This document shows positions 58,956-64,000 of a DNA stretch of 64,000 bases, one piece after another. Made by a program: the position numbers and the translations under genes. This DNA is from Vicugna vicugna. Its lineage: Eukaryota. Numbering within the stretch: position 1 is the first letter of the stretch; every line of letters starts with the position of its first letter. The DNA lies in assembly GCA_013265495.1 (NCBI GenBank), contig MU058337.1, positions 5,746,716-5,810,715 of the forward strand, in the 5' to 3' direction. Under the pieces are notes generated by a model, which saw nothing but the letters and a program-made list of their open reading frames with translations, was not told the origin of the DNA and ran no database searches.

Positions 58956-59550
58956 TGTTCCAGGTATCTATTGCTCCAAAACTCAGTGGCTTAAAATAAC
59001 AATACTTTATTTTGCTCATTATGATGGTTGATTTCAAGTGCTAACCTGACTGGGCATGGAGTGCCTAGCTCCTTGGCCCAGTGTTATTCCCTGACTAATA
59101 CACTCATGCAGCGGCAAGTTGGGCTGGAATCGATCCCCAGTGGCTCCTCTCTGCTCCACATAGTGTGAGCTGGGGTGGCACAAAGGCAGGGTCCTGGAAT
59201 CATCCAAAGCCTTGCTCACTCACATGTCTGGCAGTTGATGCTGGGGCTACTGGCTGTAACCTCACTGGGAGCTGAATCCCAGAGTACCAGCACCTGCCCT
59301 CTCTCTCCGTATGGCCGCTTGGTCTTCCTCACAACTCGGTGGCTGGGCTCAAGCACACACATCCCAAGATGGCCAAGGGAAGCTGAGTCACCCTTTGTCA
59401 CCTACCTCAACAGTCAGATGTATCTCCTGCCCCATTCAGATTCAAGGGGAGGGGACACAGATGTCACTTCTCCAAGGGAGGCAGGTCAACGCCACGTTGT
59501 GCTGCACAGGACAGGAAGTCTTGCTGAGGCCACCTTGGAAATGCCGTACA
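58956..59550 (-). mobile_element. MLT1 (F/G/H-type) MaLR LTR
   Basis: tatctattgct...ccaaaactcagtggcttaaaataacaa; ctcactcacatgtctggcagttgatgctgg; cattcagattcaaggggagggga. Confidence 0.8.
59020..59102 (+). mobile_element. 83-bp internally deleted MLT2 (ERVL) solo LTR nested in MLT1
   Basis: 5' TATGATGGTTGATTTCAAGTGCTAACCTGACTGGGC, 3' CCCTGACTAATACA; perfect CTCAT TSD at 59015-59019 and 59103-59107. Confidence 0.8.
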
Positions 59551-60002
59551 GAAGCACTTTACCTTCTACTGCTGGTTTAGTCTTTGCAGATTAAAACGGT
59601 CGGAAACGCAAGTCAGAAACTGACAGAGGAACTGCCAAGTGTGACATCCCCAGACGTTCAAGTCACCAGAGCACCCCTTCACTCCCTCTGTGTTGCTCTG
59701 GTGCCGATTTTGTGATTAGTATTTTGAGACCCAGCGTTCACTTCCCCCACCTACCAAGCAGACAGCACTATAGAGCTGCAGTCATGTCACAGCTCTGCCA
59801 TTCCCTCTTTATCTCCCCTGCTGAGCTTCCACCCCCTAGATTTCCACACGAGTCTCTGCCTTTTTGATTAGTGGGCCTCCGACCTCAGTGGCCCCTCTCT
59901 TTTAAACAGGGTACAGATTTTCAAAGCCAATGTCCATCTTGACTCATATCCTACTACATTTTGATGCCACCAATCTGGGATTGTTTTTATTCTTATATTA
60001 TT

Positions 60003-60280
60003 CCTTTTTATTCGGAGATCATTGTAGATTCACATGCAGATGTAAGAAATAATACAGAAATCCATAGATCCTGCTTCCAGTTTCCCCCAGTGGTAACATC
60101 TTGCCTAGTTATAGTTCAATATCGCAGCCAGGAAACTGACATTGATACAGCCACCAACCTTCTTCAGATGTCATCAGTCTTACTTATTTGAATATTTGGC
60201 TGGGTGCGATTTTATCGTGTGCAGACTTGTGAGGTCACCACAGCCAAGCTACAGAACAGTCTCATCAGGAGGACCCCTCC
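60003..60280 (-). mobile_element. L1MC1/2-type 3' end
   Basis: tagattcacatgcagatgtaagaaataatacag...cccagtggtaacatcttg...agccaggaaactgacattgataca. Confidence 0.8.
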
Positions 60281-61797
60281 TACACTTTTATGCTGTTACC
60301 TTTTTCAGAATATTTCCTTGAGCACTGACTGTGCACTAGAAGTGTGAGAGCTGCCCAGGATACAATGGAAAATGAAAACAGATGTGATTCCTGCCCTGCA
60401 GGACTTACTGTCCAGATTATGTCTCCCATGTTGTGCGCCCAGGTTGGGCGTGCTGGTGTAGACACCTGGGGCTGAGCACTGCTACCAGCCCCCTTTCCAG
60501 GGAGCTCCTGGGGTAGTCAGCGAGCCCCCGGTCACTTGTTCATATCTGTCTGTTTGCAGCCTTCCTAGTGTCACAGGCTGTTAGGGCATTTCCTTCCTTC
60601 TTCTATGTTCAGAGTTCCCCATTAGTTGGTGAATCTGTTTTGTATTTTGGTTTTTTTTTCCTGGATGCAGTGAAACTCAAATCATGTTGAATTTTCTATT
60701 TCATAGGAATAGATATTGGTTCAGTTGCCTCTACCTTCTCCTTTGGGCCTCATATTTACGGTAAAAGCTTCTACAGGCATGGGAGAAATGAGTTATCATG
60801 AGGCATAAGCGCCATTGAAGGGTCAGCCGTATTGTATGTACATAAGGGGCATCTGGGATGTACTACTGTATTGATCCAAATAGAAGCATCCCAAGTGTTG
60901 AGTAGCCCTGATTTTCAGTAAAGTGAGACATTGCATATTACTTGAAATATTCATTAATAAACATCAAATATAATTATTGAATATTACAGCTTCACTGTAA
61001 AATCCTACAGAGTCTTGTCTTAAATCACCTCTCTTGCCTCTAAAATTCTAACAAGAAGATACTAATTAAGGCTATGGCCTCTTTTAAGATAAGTTTCCTC
61101 ACAAGATGAAAATCAGAAGCTGGTTTCTATTTCAAAGCAGAAGAAACATGGCCCTGTGTGGGACAGTTCAATCAGGATGAAGGAGACAAGAAAATACAAT
61201 GGTGGAGACAGGAGCCAAGAGAATGCCATCAAATATTAAGGTTTTTCACTTGTTCTTCTTTCATATTCCAATCTCTTTTCTTTACACTTCTAGAACTACA
61301 GTTTATATTAACATGGGCTGCTTATGAGCTATAAGAAGTGGGGGTGGGGGGGACTTCATGTTCTACTTTGTAAATTGTGGCTTCATTTGAAATTCCTTTT
61401 CTTTCTAAGTGAAGGAACACGTATGACATCACAGAGAAATCTTTATTCAAGAAAGCCATGGATGGGTTTGTAATAAAGCTGTGATCAGGTGCACTGGTGG
61501 GAAGGAGACACCATATAGGATGCTCAGGTAACCGAAAGTGGTCACTAAATTGCTTTGCCCAACAGGTGAGTGAGATGTTGGAGAGCCTGGGCCTCCAGAG
61601 CGATGCAGGGTAAAGAGATCTCTGGAGGCAGCACTGCCCAGATTTGTGGCTGAACTGTGGGTGTGCAGTGCAGCCTCTTTTTAGAAACATGCCTTTAAAT
61701 CTCCACAAAACTCTGTGTGCTGTATGACTTCCTTGGTGGTCGTCTGGAAATAGCTGGCATTTGGGGGCATAAAGCTCACATGTGAAGGAAAAACCCA

Positions 61798-62229
61798 TGT
61801 GTGGGTTGAACAGTGCCTCCCCCCAAAAAATCATGTCCACCCAGAACTTCAGAATGTGACTGTATTTGGAAATCAGGTCTTACAGACATAATTAGTTAAG
61901 GATTTTGAGAGGAAATTATCCTGGGTTTAGGTGGGCCTTAAATCCAATGTCCGGTGACTTCTACAAAGAGGACAGGACACATACAGAAACACAGAGAAAA
62001 GGCCCTTGGAGGGTGGAGGCAGAGATTGGAGTGATGCTCCCACAAGCCAAGGAGTGCCAGGAGCCACCAGAAGCCAGAAGAGACGAGGAAGGACCCTCCC
62101 CTAGGGCCTTTGAGGGGGCGTGGCCCCACCCACAGCTTGATGTCAGACTCCTGGCCTCCAGAAGAGCATTTCTGTTGTTTAAAGCCACCCCGTTTGTGAC
62201 AATTCCTGGCCACCCTAGGAAACTCACTC
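61798..62229 (+). mobile_element. MLT1B/C MaLR solo LTR
   Basis: tgtgtgggttgaacagtgcctcccc...cagaatgtgactgtatttggaaat...ggaggcagagattggagtgatgc...ttgtttaaagccacc...ctaggaaact. Confidence 0.9.
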
Positions 62230-62234
62230 GGTAA

Positions 62235-62380
62235 GTAACTTAGTCTTTCAGCACCTTGACTTCCCCAGCTATGAAATGGGGGATAATACTGTCTTTTTCA
62301 CAGATTTATTGGGAGGTTTAAATGATAAAAGTTATAGAAAGCCCTAGACCCGTACTCGGCACATAATAATAGTCAATAAA
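62235..62380 (+). mobile_element. MIR SINE fragment
   Basis: aagtaacttagtc...tatgaaatggggataata...ggcacataataatagtcaataaat. Confidence 0.75.
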
Positions 62381-62589
62381 TAATTGAAGGAGAGGTAACC
62401 CTCCTTTTCTTGAGGTTTTTAATCCTGGAATTAAATGACCCAGAAACAATCTCAGGTTTATTTTTATCATTTATGTTCTAAGTCTAATTAGTTCCTCAAG
62501 TACTTTAAACCCATTAGTTACACTGTTTATAGAAACTGCCTTGAGCATCCTGCATTTCTAATCATTTTATTTTTTAAATATGTGGTGGT

Positions 62590-63238
62590 AACAGGTGGTT
62601 ACAGAGGCGAGGAAGGTGGGGGGAGGAACGAAATGGCTGAGGGAGATTAAGAGGTACAAACAAACTAAATGAGTTCCAAGTCTGGAACATATTGTGTGGG
62701 GAATTTAGTCAATAACTAAGCAGTATCTTTGGTGACGTGTCATAGCTGGACTTACCATGGAGGTCCTTTTGTAATGTATAGAAAAAATCACTATGCTGTG
62801 TAACAGAAGCTAACAGTGTTGTAGGTTAATTATACTTCAAAAACAAATAAACATACAGACAAACTCACAGAAAAATAGATCAGATTAGTGGTTACAGGGA
62901 CGGGGCTGGGGAAAGGGAGGGATTTAGAATTGTCAGTCAAAAGATACTACAAACTTCCAGCTATAAGATAAATAAGTACTAAGGATGTCATGTACAACAT
63001 GATAAACAAAATTAACCCTGCTGTATGTCATACATGAAAGTTGTCAAGAGAGTAAATCCCAAGAGTTTTCATCACAAATTTTTTTCTATTTAATTTTGTA
63101 TCTCTGTGAGATGATGGATGTTCACTAAACTTACTGTGATAATCATTTCATGATGCATGAAGTCAAATCATTATGCTGTACACCTTAAACTTATACAGCC
63201 CTTGTGTCAATTGTAGCTCAGTAAAACTGGGAAAAAAA
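62590..63238 (+). mobile_element. L1 3' UTR region with two successive 3'-end-like units
   Basis: gagattaagaggtacaaac...tgtaggttaattatacttcaaaaa, then ccagctataagataaataagtactaaggatg...tacaccttaaacttatac...cagtaaaactgggaaaaaaa. Confidence 0.8.
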
Positions 63239-63249
63239 TTATCATTATG

Positions 63250-63395
63250 AAAAAAAGCACTTGTTAAAGTGCATTTGACTGGGCCCTGCCTCCTCGCTGA
63301 TTCAGAAGATCTGGGGTTTGGCCTGAGAGTTTGCATTTCTAAATTTCCAGGTGCTGCTGATGCTGTTGCTCTGGGACCACATTTTGAAAATTACT
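63250..63395 (-). mobile_element. MER5A fragment
   Basis: ctgattcagaagatctggggtttggcctgagagtttgcatttctaa...gctgatgctg...gggaccacattttgaaaa. Confidence 0.75.
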
Positions 63396-64000
63396 ACTTT
63401 AAACTATTTGTCTATGGGTTATTTGTTGACAGTTAACCTGAAGACTTCATCCCAAAGAGCCCAATCTATGTTGGATCAGACTCTCCCAGCCTTATCTGGC
63501 AATAAATGCAATTTAACACTCACCTTGTTACCATCTTTAATTTTCCTTTATCACAAGAGTTATCTATTCATGTATTTTCCTCACTTTCTTTTACTCACAT
63601 GATCTTCCTTCCTCAAAAACTAAACAAATAAATAAAAACGAAACAATTCTTCCTTTTGAAAAAAATTACGATGATTACTGCTACTCTTTAAAAATAGTAT
63701 GTTAAGAAAGTATACACCAGACAAGGCTTTTTATATATTTCAATTTAATCCGGAACTTCCCCAAACAAGAAAGAAATCTGCAATTATGGCTCATGAATCT
63801 GATTTTTTAGACTTCTTTAGTAATTGTACATCTGTTCAAAATGCCACATCAGCATTATTGGAAACGTCTGAATAAAAACCAGATTGTAAAAACCACATGA
63901 GTCCAGCCCACATACACGAAAAAATGGAAGAGGCAGAAAATGATTAAGGGTGATTATTGTTAGTTCAATAACTAGTACTTATGTATTTGTGTCTTTGGGG

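Noticed and set aside
54000-64000. Possible downstream gene (GGACT neighbours TMTC4 in human, as I recall)
   Set aside because: No CpG island, exon-like ORF or recognisable coding sequence; the region is mostly repeats.
1-64000. Prokaryote-type systems (CRISPR arrays, operons, defence islands) or intact transposase/reverse-transcriptase ORFs
   Set aside because: None seen; short ORFs outside TMTC4 exons are repeat-derived or random.

Overview
Mammalian genomic DNA, most likely camelid (two Vic-1-like tRNA-derived SINEs). The window is dominated by one + strand gene, TMTC4, an ER protein O-mannosyltransferase for cadherins (GT-C membrane domain plus C-terminal TPR repeats). I reconstructed 17 coding exons (CE1-CE17, 2538-52708) by hand. 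All introns are GT-AG and all phases are compatible. From the Met at 2592 the joined CDS is 2223 nt = 740 aa + stop, ending ...QMQKKDV*. CE1 is open for 18 more codons upstream, consistent with a longer isoform whose Met lies on an upstream exon. The promoter/first exon is not visible. The rest is intronic or downstream sequence with L1, L2, MIR, MER5/MER20/MER33/MER58, Tigger2-type MITEs, MLT1/MLT2/ERV1 LTRs, microsatellites and three N gaps. Repeat names and human TMTC4 comparisons come from recalled sequences, not from a search. No second gene, RNA gene, CRISPR array or novel multi-gene system is supported. The best leads are post-transcriptional: an out-of-frame uORF overlapping the TMTC4 start, an in-frame tandem acceptor at CE15, a candidate UG-flanked poison exon, and an 83-bp miniature MLT2 LTR with a perfect TSD.
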